A stretch of DNA of 64,000 bases from Malacoraja senta (taxonomy: Eukaryota): the NCBI GenBank assembly GCA_038087875.1, contig CM075995.1, positions 7,938,001-8,002,000 on the forward strand, in the 5' to 3' direction. Made by a program: the position numbers and the translations under genes. The number at the start of each line of letters is the position of its first letter. Position 1 is the stretch's first letter. Positions 11,275-24,374 of the stretch are shown here, piece after piece. The notes beneath the pieces were generated by a model that was not told the DNA's origin, made no database searches, and saw nothing but the letters and a program-made list of their open reading frames with translations.

Positions 11275-14200
11275 AGATATTCACAAATACACACATATAT
11301 ATGTATCATACACACATATGTATCATATACCAGATATATATACATATAATGATATATATGTGTGTATATAATATATATATATGTGTATTTGTGAGTATCT
11401 TTACACAAACAACTTTTTTTCTCGTTTACTAAACTTTACAGAGTACTATGTTTACATGTTCACTCTTGAGTGATACAGTGTGGAAACAGGCCCTTCGGCC
11501 CAACTTGCCCACACGGGCCAACATGTCCCAGCTACACTAGTCCCACTTGCCTGCGTTTGCTCCATATCCCTCCAAACCTGTCCTATCCATATGTACGTGT
11601 CTCACTGTTTCTTGAATGTTGTGATAGTACCTGCCTCAAAATAAAGATAATCTTAGCAGCCACAAATTGATCTAGTTGAGTTAACTATAGCGTTACTGTG
11701 AGGCAGACAGGAACCGCTGCTGAGTCACGGTGACAGCGGTCACGGTGGCGCAGCGGTAGAGTTGCTGCCTTACAGCGCTGGCAGCGTCGGAGACGGGTTC
11801 GATCCCGACTACGGGTGCTGTCTGTACGGAGTTCGTACGTTCTCCCCGTGACCCACGTGTGTTTTCTCCGAGATCTTCGGTTTCCTCCCACACGCCAAAG
11901 ACGTACAGGTTTGTAGGTTAATTGGCTTGGTAAATGTAAACATTGGCCCTAGTGGGTGTAGGATAATTCCAGTATAGTCCCTGGTGGACTCTTCGGGAGT
12001 GATGACCACAAGACAAGACAAGTCCACAGTGTCCCAGTGAAATAAAGGGATAGAGATTTCAAATTCCACAGACATGTCACTAGAGTTTAGTTTAGTTTCG
12101 TGCTACAGTACGGAAACAGGACCTTTGGCCCACCGAGTCCGCGCCGACCAGCGATCCCCGCACACTAACACTATCCTACACACACGAGGGACAATTACAT
12201 TTTTTTTTACCAAAGCCAATTAGCCTACTAACCTGTACGTCTTCCAAGTGTGGGAGGAAACTGGTGCACCCGGAGAAAACCCACGCGGTCACAGGGAGAA
12301 TGTACAAACTCTGTACAGACAGCACGCATGGTCAGGATTGAACCCGGGTCTCTGGCTCTGTGAGGCAGCAACTCTACCGCTGTGCCACCGTGCAAAGTAA
12401 AACCTTGCCTAGGTGAAGAAAGTTATGTGAGAAACTAAACAACTCTGCCTACAGGGAAAGTAGGGCTTGAGAATTTCATGCTGGCAATAACAAAGTTATG
12501 GGTCGGAAGCAACTGCAGATGCTGGTTTACACCGAAGATAGACACAAAATGCTGAAGTAACTCAGTGGGACAGGCAGCATCTCTGGAGAGAAGGGTCTCG
12601 ACCAAAAAAAGTCACTCATTCCTTCACTCCAGGCATGCTGCCTGTCCCGCTGAGTTACTCCAGCATTTTGTTTCTATCTTTTATTGTGTTCAGTACTGCG
12701 TTTACAGACCTGTTACACTGCTGCAAGAAAGGATTTCATTGTTCTGTGTCCACACATATTAAACACTGAAGATTGACAAAAAAATGCTGGAGTAACTCAG
12801 CGGGACAGGTAGCATCTCTGGAGAGAAGGAATGGGTGACTTTTCCAATCAAGACCAGACTGAGAGTCAGGGGAGAGGGAGACACAGAGATATGGAAGTGT
12901 TTCAGAAAGAACTGCAGATGCTGGAAAAATATGATATGGAAGGTGAGGTGTGAAAACGAGAGATCAAAGGAGATGATGTTTAAGGAAAATCATTCACACA
13001 CTCTCTTTTTCACACAGAGAGTTGTGAGTTTGTGGAATTCTCTGCCCCAGAGGGCAGTGGAGGCCGGTTCGCTGGATACTTTCAAGAGAGAGCTAGATAG
13101 GGCTCTTAAAGATAGCGGAGTGAAGAGATATAGGGAAGGCAGGAACGGGGTACTGATTGTGGATGATTGTGGATGATCAGCCATGATCACATTGAATGGC
13201 GGTGCTGGCTAGAAGGGCCGAATGGCCTAGGCCTGCACCTATTGTCTATTGTCTATCATTGTTATTTGGGGGAAGGTGACAACGAAGCATACAAAGTCAA
13301 ATTTAGTCAGGAGGACTGTCAGACTGGTCGGAGAACAAGGATGCATGGTGGGATGGAGTTGCAATGCAAGGGTTACTTGAAGTCATTCATACCACTGGGG
13401 CGTAAGCTGCCCAAGTGAAATTGGTTCCTCCAATTTGCGTATGGCCTCACGCTGACATTCTTTGGCGTAAACCAGCATCTGCAGTTCCTTCCTACATAAT
13501 TCAGCCATATTGGTGTTTTCAGCTAATTACCTCGATATTTACAAAAAATACAGATTTAATTGAATGTATCACGTTGTGTAATCAAATATATTGAAATTTA
13601 AAATGCAAAGGAAGGTGTCTCTGACTAAAAGGAATGCAAATATGACCCACTGATTGCAAATATAACTCTACAAGGGAGAAAACATTGAGACATTGTGTCT
13701 GGAATTTAGAGTAATAATCAATACCAATGTTAACACCTAAAATTAGAAAGTGTGAAGAAGGGTCTCGACCCGAAACGTCACCCATTCCTTCTCTCCAGAG
13801 ATGCTGCCTGTCTCGCTGAGTTACTCTGGCATTTTGTGTCCGAATTTTGTGTCCGAATTTTGTGTCCGAATTACTCTGGCAAATTCCGATTTTGTTTGTT
13901 TTCCTAGAAATGAATCTGATTTTTCACCTGGACTCAACCCCTCGCCTCTTGTCTCGACTAAACTTCACCTCACACTTAAACCTCAACTCACTAAACCTTG
14001 TCTCGACTAAACCACCCACCTCACACCTAATCCCCGCCTCGATTAATGGCCGTCTCCCTCCCTCCCGCGGGGAGGGGCTGCAGCCGCCACAAGCGGGGTG
14101 GGCGGGGCTCGGGCTCGACGTCAACGTCACTGCGCGCATGCGCCCCCCCAACCGGCTCTCTCGGGCAGTGCGCCTGCGCTGCGCTCGGCCCCGCCCCCCT

Positions 14201-14317
14201 GGTTGCAGCCGTTGGTTCCGCTGAGCGCGAGCGGGAGAGAGGCGGCGATTAGTCGAGGCACGGATTAGGTGTCAGGTGTCGTCGTGAGGTATCGTAGAGG
14301 TGAGGGGATTAGTCGAA
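11275..14317 (+). repeat. Local segmental duplication block, copy B (matches 3370-6670 joined to 8733-9187)
   Basis: Collinear with copy A but lacks the L1 insertion (empty site gttgctgccttacagcgctgg at 11761) and ~2 kb of internal sequence. Confidence 0.85.
14017..14317. promoter_or_regulatory. CpG-island promoter-like module (copy 2)
   Basis: Paralog of 8867-9190 with gcgcatgcgc (NRF1 consensus), gacgtcaacgtca and GC boxes. Inverted flanks at 14017-14056 and 14239-14278. Confidence 0.55.
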
Positions 14318-16442
14318 ATCCATATTTGAAATCCACATGTTTATAGTTGGTATTGGAGCGTTTTTCCAGAATTTTAGGATTAACTTTTTTCCAGTTATTA
14401 ACCCAAAGTCTATTCATTTCTTTTGGAACACATTTAGTTCTGGACTATCTTCCGTTGTTCCGAAGATAATCCATTCTGCTTTGGGTATCAGTTTTATTTT
14501 AAATAATTTTGTAAAGATTTCAAAAATTTCAATCCAAATTTTTTGAATTTTTGTACAGAAAACAAATGAGTGCGCTATAGTAGCTTCTTGAGATTGACAT
14601 TTATCACAAATGGATGATACATTTGGGAACATTTTATTAATTTTTGTTTTGGAATAATATAATCTATGTAAAATTTTAAATTGTATTAAAGTGTGTCCTA
14701 CATTAATCGAACATTTATGCACGTTTAATAAATGTTCATTCCACCTTTCCTTTGAGATTTTAATAGCTAATTCTTGTTCCCAGTCTCTTCTAATACCTTC
14801 CGTAGATGGTATTTCTACATTTAAGATAATATTATACAAATATGATATTAAGTTTGCTGATTCAGCTTTTATCTGCATTGCTTCATCCAATACATCTGCT
14901 GGGCTATTATAATGATCTTTTGTATATTTTTTCAACTAGTCACATATTTGAAAATATTTAAAATATTGATTATTTCCCAGTTTATATTTTATTTGTAATT
15001 GTTGGAATGATAGTAATTTTCCAGTTTCATACAAGTCACCGAACGTTTTAATTCCTAGTCTATCCCATTGTATAAAAGATTTGTCTGTAATAGAGGGATT
15101 AAACGAAGGGTTATTAACTATTGGAGATAAAAGTGATAGATTTCTTAATTTTAAATTTTGTTTTATTTGTTTCCAAATTCTGATTGTACTATGTATAATT
15201 GGGTTTTTGTTATAATTTATGTTATTCAGTTTCATTGGTGAGAGGAGGATCACTCCAATGTTTCCAGAGGAGCAGTCCTCTCTCTCCATTACAATCCAGT
15301 CCACTTGCTGGGCAGAGTTGTCCATCAGTTGAATCATATTTTTAATATTTACTAACCAATAATAATACATGAAGTTAGGGAGTGCTAAGCCCCCTAATAC
15401 TTTAGCTTTGTTCAAGTGTGTTCTTTGTATTCTATGTGATTTATAGTCCCATATCAAATTAGTAATGTCTGAATCCAGTTTAAAAAAAAACTTCTTTGGT
15501 AGGTATATAGGAATCGATTGAAATAGGTATAAAATTTGTGGTTAGAAGATCATTTTTATTGCATTTATTCGGCCTATTAAAGACATCGGGAGGGTTTTCC
15601 AAAATTTAATTAGTGTATTTAATTTATTAAGTAAAGGATCAAAATTTGCTTTAAACATGCCTTGATATGTTCTAGTGATTTCAATACCCAAGTATTTACA
15701 TTTTTCTGTAGCTATTTTAAAAGGGAATTTTAAAAGATGTGTTGAGTCTTTCGGTTTTATTGACATAATTTCACTTTTATTCCAATTTATTCTGTATCCA
15801 GAAAAAGATCCAAAGTCCTCAATTAAATTTAATATATTTGGTATAGTAATTTGAGGTTTTGTAATGTATAATAATATATCATCCACGTATAAAGATATTT
15901 TATTATTTGAATATTTAGTATTATACCCATGGATATGTGGATGTGTTCTAATTTTTTCTGCTAACGGTTCAATTATGAGAGCAAACAACTGGTGATAATG
16001 AGCATCCTTGTCTATTTCTCCTTGATAGTTGAAATTTCGAGGATAATATGTTATTAGTTAATATTCTAGCTGTAGGTTTATTATATAATAGTTTAATCCA
16101 TAAAATAAAATTCTCTCCCAGTTGGAATGTTTGTAATACTTTATCCATATAATTCCATTCTACTTGGTCAAATGCTTTTTCAGCGTCCAGCGAAATAATT
16201 GATAATTCTTGTTCTTCAAATTTATGTGAGTGCATTATATTGAGTAGACGTCTCATATTATTAGATGAATATCTCTTAGGGATAAACCCCGTCTGATCTG
16301 GGTTTATTAGTTTACTAATATATTTACTTAATCTTCTAGCTAATGTTTTCGCTAATATTTTTTGATCTGTATTTCACAATGCTATAGCTCTATATGAACC
16401 CGGTTCTTCTATATCTTTGTCTTTTTTAAGTATTAGTGTGAT
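14318..16442 (-). mobile_element. L1-clade LINE ORF2 fragment (RT to C-terminal Cys motif), disrupted
   Basis: SLDAEKAFDQVEW, RQGCSLSP, LYVDDILLY and CDKCQSQEATIAHSFVFC motifs with frameshifts and stops. Truncated at both ends and diverged from the 36-38 kb copy. Confidence 0.9.
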
Positions 16443-18300
16443 CATAAAGAATTTAAACTGAACTTTTGCCAAAGTGCAAAAGAAGTTACAGGAGTTGACA
16501 AAATGTGTAGGAAGGAACTGCAGACGCTGGATTAAAATGAAGGTAGACACAAAATGCTGGAGTAACTCAGCGGGACAGGCAGCATCTCTGGAGAGAAGGA
16601 ATGGGTGATGTTTCGGGTCAAGACCCTTCTTCAGACTTTCTAATTTTAGAGGTTAACATTGATATTGATTATTCCTCAAAATTCCAGACACAATGTCTCA
16701 ATGTTTTCTCCCTTGTAGAGTTTTATTTGCAATCAGTGGGTCCTATTTGCATTCCTTTTAGTCAGAGACACCTTCCTTTGCATTTTAAATTTCAATATAT
16801 TTGATTACACAACGTGATACATTCAATTAATCTGTATTTTTTATAAATATCGAGGTAATTAGTTGAAAACACCAATATGGCTGAATTATGTAGGAAGGAA
16901 CTGCAGATGCTGGTTTACACCAAAGAATGTCAGTGAGGCCCAATGCAAATTAAAGGATCAGCACCTCATATTTCTCTTTGAGCAGCTTACACCCTAGCAG
17001 TATGAATGACTTCAAGTAACCCTTGCATTGCAAATCCATCCCTCCCCCATCCTTGTTCTCTGACCAGTCTGACAGTCCTCCTGACTAAATTTGACTTTGT
17101 ATGCTTCGTTGTCACCTTCCCCCAGATAGCAATGATAGACAATAGATAATAGACAATAGGTGCAGGCCCATGCCATTCGGCCCTTTGAGCCAGCACCGCC
17201 CTCTGAGGCAGAGAATTCCACAGACTCACAACTCTCTGTGTAAAAAAGAGAGTGTGTGAATGATTTTCCTTAAATATCGTCCCCTTTGTTCTCTCGTTTT
17301 CACACCTCACCTTCCATATCATATGTTTCCAGCATCTTCAGTTCTTTCTGAAACACTTCCATATCTCTGTCTCCCTCTCCCCTGACTCAGTCTGAAGAAG
17401 GGTCTCGACTGGAAAAGTCACCCATTCCTTCTCTCCAGAAATGCTGCCTGTCCCGCTGAGTTACTCCAACATTTTTTTGTCAAACTTCAGTGTTTAATAT
17501 GTGTGGACACAGAACAATAAAATCCTTTCTTGCAGCAGAATAACAGGTCTGTAAACGCAGTACTGAACACAATAAAAGATAGACACAAAATGCTGGTGTA
17601 ACTCAACGGGACAGGCAGCATCCCTGGAGAGAAGGAATGAGTAACTTTTATGGTCAAGACCCTTCTCTCCAGAGATGCTGCCTGTCCCACTGAGTTACTG
17701 CAGCATTTTGTGTCTATCTTCGGTGTAAACCAGCATCTGCAGTTGCTTCCTACACATAACTTTGTTCTTGCCAGCCTGAAATTCTCAAACCCTGATTTCC
17801 CTGTAGGCACAGTTTAGTTTCTCACATAACTTTCTTCAATATGGCAAGGTTTTACTTTGCACGGTGGCGCTGCGGTAGAGTTGTTGCCTCACAGCGCCAG
17901 AGACCCTGCTTCCATCCTGACCATGCGTGCTGTCTGTATGGAGTTTGTACGTTCTCCCTGTGAGCTGCGAGAGTTTTCTTCGGGTGCTCTGGTTTCCTCC
18001 CGCACTCCAAAGACCTACAGGTTAGTAGGTTAATTGGCTTCGGTAAAAAATTGTAAATTGTCCCTAGTGTGTGTGGGATAGTGTTAGTGTGCGGGGATCG
18101 CTGGTCGGCGCGGACTGGGTGGGCCTAAGGGCCTGTTTCCGTACTGTATCTCGAAACTAAACTAAAGTAATATAAACTCCAGTGACATGTCTGTGGAATT
18201 TGAATTCTCTATCCCTTTATTTCTCTGGGATACTGTGGACTCAGCAGCGGTTTCTGTCTGCCTCACTGTAATCCAACAGTCAACAATTAACTCAACAAGA
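16443..18300 (-). repeat. Local segmental duplication block, copy C (inverted)
   Basis: Reverse complement of ~4830-6772 and ~12030-13830. Confidence 0.85.
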
Positions 18301-18302
18301 TA

Positions 18303-19087
18303 ATAGACAATAGGTACAGGAGTAGGCCATTTGGCCCTTCGAGCCAGCACCGCCATTCAACGTGATCATGGCTGATCATCCCCAATCTACCCCGTTCCTG
18401 CCTTCTCCCCATATCCCCTGACTACGCTATTTTAAAGAGCCCTATCTAGCTCTCTCTTGAAAGCATCCAGAGAACCTGCCTCCACCACCCTCTGAGGCAG
18501 AGAATTCCACAGACTCACCATTCTCTGTGAGAAAAAGTGTTTCCTCGTCTCCCTTCCAAAATGGCTTACCCCTTATTCTTAAACTGTGGCCCCTGGTTCT
18601 GGACTCCCCCAACATCAGGAACATGTTTCCTGCCTCTAGCGTATCCAAACCCTTAACAATCTTACATGTTTCAATGAGATATCCTCTCATCCTTCTAAAC
18701 TCCAGAGTGTACAAGCCCAGCTGCTCCATTCTCTCAGCATATGACAGTCCCGCCATCCCGGGAATTAACCTTGTAAACCTATGCTGCACTCCCTCAATAG
18801 CAAGAATGTCCTTCCTCAAATTAGGGGACCAAAACTGCACACAATACTCCAGGTGTGGTCTCACTCGGGCTCTGTACAATTGCAGAATGACCTCTTTGCT
18901 CCTATATTTGATTCCTCTTGTTGTAAAGGCCAACATGCCATTTGCTTTCCTCACTGCCTGCTGTACCTGCATGCTTACTTTCATAGACTGATGTACAAGG
19001 ACCCCCAGATCCCGTTGTACTTCCCCTTTGCCCAACTTGACGCCATTTAGATAGTAATCTGCCTTCCTGTTTTTGCTACCAAAGTGG
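18303..19087 (-). mobile_element. CR1 LINE 3' portion
   Basis: QRDLGVLVHQSMKVS, VRPHLEYCVQFWSP and RGYLIETCKIVKG motifs. Confidence 0.9.
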
Positions 19088-20429
19088 AAAGATAAATTTG
19101 TGGCTGCTAAAATTATTTTTATCTTGAGGCAGGTACAGTGGTAGACCTACATTTTTGGGGCCCTGAAGCTTGAACTGTTATGGGGGCCCCTTCGCAACCA
19201 GCACCGAGGTCTGGGTAACCACTGTTATCTTCTGCAATGGGGTTGTTCCACGACAGATCACCACAAATTTTAATTTCTGTCATAAATGTTAATAGTGTTT
19301 TAAATTATTTATAATTATTTTATATTAAATATATTTAGAATGAAACATCCTTAATTTGAATATTTTTTCGTTTACGGCTACTTTAATAACCTTTTAATTT
19401 TTATCTGAACTATTATTTTGTATTGACTATCATACAGTAGTCCCAACATTTTTAAGCAATGTGGACTAAGCATTGAAAAAAAGTAGGAAGTATTGGCCAG
19501 GGGTCCAGGAGGCTGACTAGGCCCCCGGCAGGGTCCAGAAGCAGCGCCCCCGGTGGGGGTTCAGGGGGAAACGCCTGCCACAGTCTGTTCGTATTGGTGG
19601 AAATGTGTCAGACTCGATAACAATCAGCATGGGAGCACCTCAAGGCTGCGTGCTCAGCCCCCTGCTGTACTCACTCTATACTCATGACTGCGTAGCCGGT
19701 CAAAATGCGAACTCCATCATCAAGTTCGCTGACGACTCCACTGTTGTGGGGTGTATCACTGATGGGGATGAGTCAGAGTATAGAAGAGAGATCGAGCAAC
19801 TGTCCATATGGTGCCAGCACAATAACCTAGCCCTCAACACCAGCAAAACCAAGGAACTGATTGTGGACTTTGGAAGGAGTAGGATGGGGACCCACAGTCC
19901 CATTTATATCAACGATCGATGGTTGAAAGAGTCAAGAGCTTCAAATTCCTGGGCGTGCACATCTCTGAAGATCTTTCCTGGTCCGAGAACACTGATGCAA
20001 TTATTAAGAAAGCACATCAGCGCCTCTACTTCCTGAGAAGATTACGGAGAGTCGGTTTGTCAAGGAGGACTCTCTCTAACTTCTACAGGTGCACAGTAGA
20101 GAGCATGCTGACTGGTTGCATCGTGGCTTGGTTCGGCAACTTGAACACCCTGGAGAGGAAAATACTACAAAAAGTAGTAAACACTGCCGTCCATCATTGG
20201 CTCTGACCTCCCTTCCATCGAGGGGATCTATCGCAGTCGCTGCCTCAAAAAGGCTGGCAGTATCATCAAGGACGCACACCATCCTGGCCACCCACTCATC
20301 TCCCTGCTACCTTCAGGTAGAATGACAGGAGCCTGAAGAATGCAACGACCAGGTTCAGGAATAGCTGCTTCCCCACATCCATCAGGCTATTAAACTTGGC
20401 TCGGACATAACTCTGAACATTAATAGCCC

Positions 20430-23400
20430 ATTTTACTTCGGAGTCACGTGAGTGACTACGTGAAGAAGGCCGTCAGCCCGCATGCGCGTCATTACGTCTA
20501 CCGAATTGCGCTACGACTGGCTGGCGGCGCGTCGCTCCACCAGCGGTAAGTTTCAATTCCTACAGGTAAGTTTTCAAACTTACTTTTCAGTTTGTCCTTT
20601 TGTTGCAGGAATCTCTCTTCGCAGAGTTTTCCTGTTGGATATAGTAATACGCAGCAAAACCCGGACGGACCGCGTGGAAACCTATTATGGACTGCGGGGA
20701 TGCCGGCTACGGACCGTGGAAGTGCGGGTAGCGGGTGGCCATCGGGTTTGCTGCCTGAGTCGCTGACAGTGCGGTCAGCGACTCCCAAGGGCTTTTTAAA
20801 TTCGGGCGATATCCGGACGGGCCGCGGGGATATTACAGTCCGCGGGAATGCCGGGGACAGACCACGGGAGAGCGGGTAGCCGGTGGCCGTCGGGTTCGCT
20901 ACCCGAGTCGCTGACAGTGCGGTCAGCGACTCCGACTTCGGCAGCCCAAAAGGTAGGCAACCATACGGAGTCGGAGAGGCCTGGGCTGGAGCCCAGCCAG
21001 GAGGGTTCCCCTCCGACTACAAGGGTACGTCCACGGATGTTTAACCCATCCTGATATGGTGGACCATATCAGCGCAGGTCCACGGGGGCCTATGGCAGCG
21101 CCTGTGCACAGGGCTGCTCACTAATCTCCCTCTCTGTGGAGAGGAGTACGAAAGGTCAATGTGTGACTGTCTCCTACCCCGGAAGTATGTCCATGGCGCA
21201 TACTGCAATTCATCAGAGTTCCCCTCACGTTACAAGATAAACACCCCTATGCCTCCAATGGCAGTAGCAGGAATAGTGTATTCTTTTTAAAAGTATGGCT
21301 ATACAGGGTGGGCACCATTATGCTGGTATCCTCTGACTAATTTATCAGATCAGGAGTTTGTTCTTGGTATCATAATATGTATCATGATGCTAATTTAGTT
21401 ATGTTAATAGAGAGAAATTACAAGCTATATTATTTATCACTTACACCAATAAATTGTGTAATGGAATCGGACCTGCCATGGCGTTATAGATCCCTGGCTT
21501 GGAAAGCCTTGTTCAGCAATACCTATCAGTCACCTGTGCGAGCACACATGGTGGCGTCATGGTAATTCCGCTCATTAAAGGGACTATGGAAGATTCTTCC
21601 CCCAGACGCCGACTTTTTTCACATGAATAAAGTGATCAAATCTCTGATTTAACTGGGATGGGCGTCTTCATTCATGTAAACATCTTCGCCCATGACAAAT
21701 AACTGGCAGGTTTTTTTCCAGCATTTCTCTCTCTATGTCTGGCGTACGGGGGCCAGAGGCGCTCCAATCCTTCCCTGTAGACTGCATTGGCATCGGAAAG
21801 GTGCAGGACTCGGAGTCACTACCACGTGCAGCCTGTTTGGTTATGAATATACCAACAGAGCATCGATTTGCACAGCTAGTCCTGGCAGCTGCTGAAGGAA
21901 GCAATCTGACAACCCCAACTCAGAATGAGTGCCAAGTCTTGGGCATCTATGTCAGTCAAGATTGCGACTCGTCGCAGTCAAAGAACGCTCCATCCTAAGG
22001 CATGTCAGGCAGCAGCTCCTGGTTCAGGGTTGCAAATTTCCTCCCACTCAAATGAGGAGTGGTAGAGGGTGCTACAGAAGAGTGCACTTGTGCCTGAAGT
22101 GACACCTGTTTCAGGGTTGCAATTCTTCCCACTCGGTTGAACGTAGTGATGGAGATGGTGCTAAAATACATGCACACATGCCTGAGGCAGCTCCTGGGTC
22201 AGGTTGCATAAGTCCTCCCATTCGGATGTATGAAGGATGAAGATGGTCGACGCAGCTCCTGGTTAAGGTTGCATAAGTCCTCCCATTCGGACGGATGAAG
22301 ATGGAGCCATATATATTATGCCTCCTGTCACGGATGCATACACAGGCAGTTCAAGTCACATGCCTGCAGCTGCCTTGGTTCAAGGTTTGCATTACCTCCC
22401 ATCCAAAAGACTATGGGAGATGGTGTCGCAAAACATGCTTGGTACAGAAGCATGCACAGACAATTTGAGGATACGGATGGTACACCTGGTTCAGGTGCAA
22501 TTACTCCCACCCTAAAAGAGTGTCAAAGGTTAGTATGGATTACCTCCAAACAGGAACCCGAATATGACTATGTGCCGGGATCCCATGCTTAATGCATAAT
22601 GTACGACGATCGCATGAGGGGAAGCGGTGTGCTTTGCCTCTAAAATTGCTGCTCCGTCGGGGACGGACTAGCCACTACAAGAGAAGTTGGTGCAGCATCA
22701 GTGATCTAAAGGAAATGACGAACATGTGGACAGAGTCTGCGAATGAAACTTCGCTGAAACTCCAGCAAAGGTAAGGGACCTGGAGTTAGAGACACTGGTA
22801 AGTAGGTCTCGTTATTTACCTCCATAAACTAAAACCGAAAAGGTAAGCTTCACCCCGTGACTCTGGAGGACCATCCACTGCATGGTCGAATCAAATCTTT
22901 GATTCAGAGTCTGAGAAGACCTTACCTAGGGTTCGGACTGTCTGGTCGTACGTTGGTCATGATCACTAAGGCCTGGAGAGATAGTACCAAGAAATTGTGC
23001 ACCCCCATATCATTAGTGGGAAGTGTTCTGTTTACAGTCCAACATACGTATGACACGGCACGTATAACATGTTTTTGTAATTCCTCTCTAAACTAAATTT
23101 ACGAGGGATAGAGTTTGTGCCAGTAGTGCCTTGTCGTCATACTTGTTGCTGGGATCGGGACATCACTCTTTTTGGATCTCACCCACTGATAGCCAGATTT
23201 ATGAAACGTATCTTCAACTCAGAATCTCTCAGGCACAGGGACTCAGAGATATAGGATGTTGACATTGTGCTGACGCTGTTTCGCCAATGGGCTCCAACTA
23301 CATCCCTGTCCTTGGTTAAACTCACTTACAAAGAGGTTATGCTCATGGCGCTGGTTACAGCGCAACAGATCCAGTCGTTGCATAAGCTATGACTGGACAA

Positions 23401-24374
23401 GATGGTTACATCTGTAGACTATAACATTTTATGTTATGACTTAGCAAGCAGAGCAGACCAGGGGCATCAGGTTTCAAACTAGAGGTTGGCATACCCTATG
23501 GACCTTCGGTTGTGTGGTGTCACACATCTACAACAGTTTGTTAAGGTCACCAAGAGCCTTAGAGGCTCTGAACTAGCTTGGTTTGTTAGTTACATAAAAC
23601 CTCATAAAAAGGTATCAGTACAGACCACCTCCAGGTGATTAAAACGGGGTCTGGCTTGTGCAGGAGTGATCACTGGCAGTCTCAATCTCACTCCACCAGG
23701 GCTGCAACCACATCAGCAGCTAGGGTTATGGACGTTCCGCTGGACCACATCCTAGCGGCTGCAGGATGGTCTAACGAACAAACCTTTCCCATCATTTGAC
23801 AACTAACCCATTGCCAGACCGAGGGTATTTGCCACCCTATTTTAGGTTCTGTTTTATAGTTTCCTCCTGGATGAAAGAGGTTACTATTATTATTATTTGT
23901 ACATTTAAAAACATCAGCATGTTTCAATCTATGTCATGTCTGAATGTTTTTTTAATGTTCAATCATCTGTGGTCAACTGATGCAGTTATGTTGTGTGGAC
24001 TCGTGTTCACGGCATGAAATCACAGAGCTTTAAAATCTTCACGTAGTCACTCACGTGACTCCGAAGTAAAATAGTAAGATTAAACGAGAACTTACCAGTT
24101 TGAAGTTTGATCTTTATTTTATGAGGAGTTACGATGAGCGATTACGTGCCCTCCGCTCCCGACCCTCGTATCATAAAGATCATCTGGTAGTTCTAGTCTT
24201 CTCTAAATCTTACTATGTTCAGTTCAACAACTGTTATCTGTGATTTCACACCGCTGCTTTGAAGATTGACGCGCATGCGGCCTGACGGCCTTCTTCACGT
24301 AATTGCTCATCGTAACTCCTCATAAAATAAAGATCAAACTTCAAACTGGTAAGTTCTCGTTTAATCTTACTATT
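20430..24374 (+). mobile_element. DIRS1-type tyrosine-recombinase retrotransposon (degenerate)
   Basis: Left ITR 20431-20492. The ICR at 24036-24148 is complementary to the left end and to the right extension (24296-24372). Right ITR 24267-24300. YR remnant present. ATT at both junctions. Confidence 0.88.
22930..23850 (+). pseudogene. DIRS tyrosine recombinase remnant
   Basis: AWRDSTKK N-terminal motif and HSTRAATTSAARVMDVPLDHILAAAGWSNEQTF C-terminal motif; multiple frameshifts and stops. Confidence 0.8.

Noticed and set aside
19135..19575. hAT-like element starting CAGTGG
   Set aside because: I could not identify a matching right TIR or TSD.
22011..22512. CRISPR array
   Set aside because: The repeats are degenerate, the spacers are uneven and related to each other, there are no cas genes, and the context is a eukaryotic retrotransposon.
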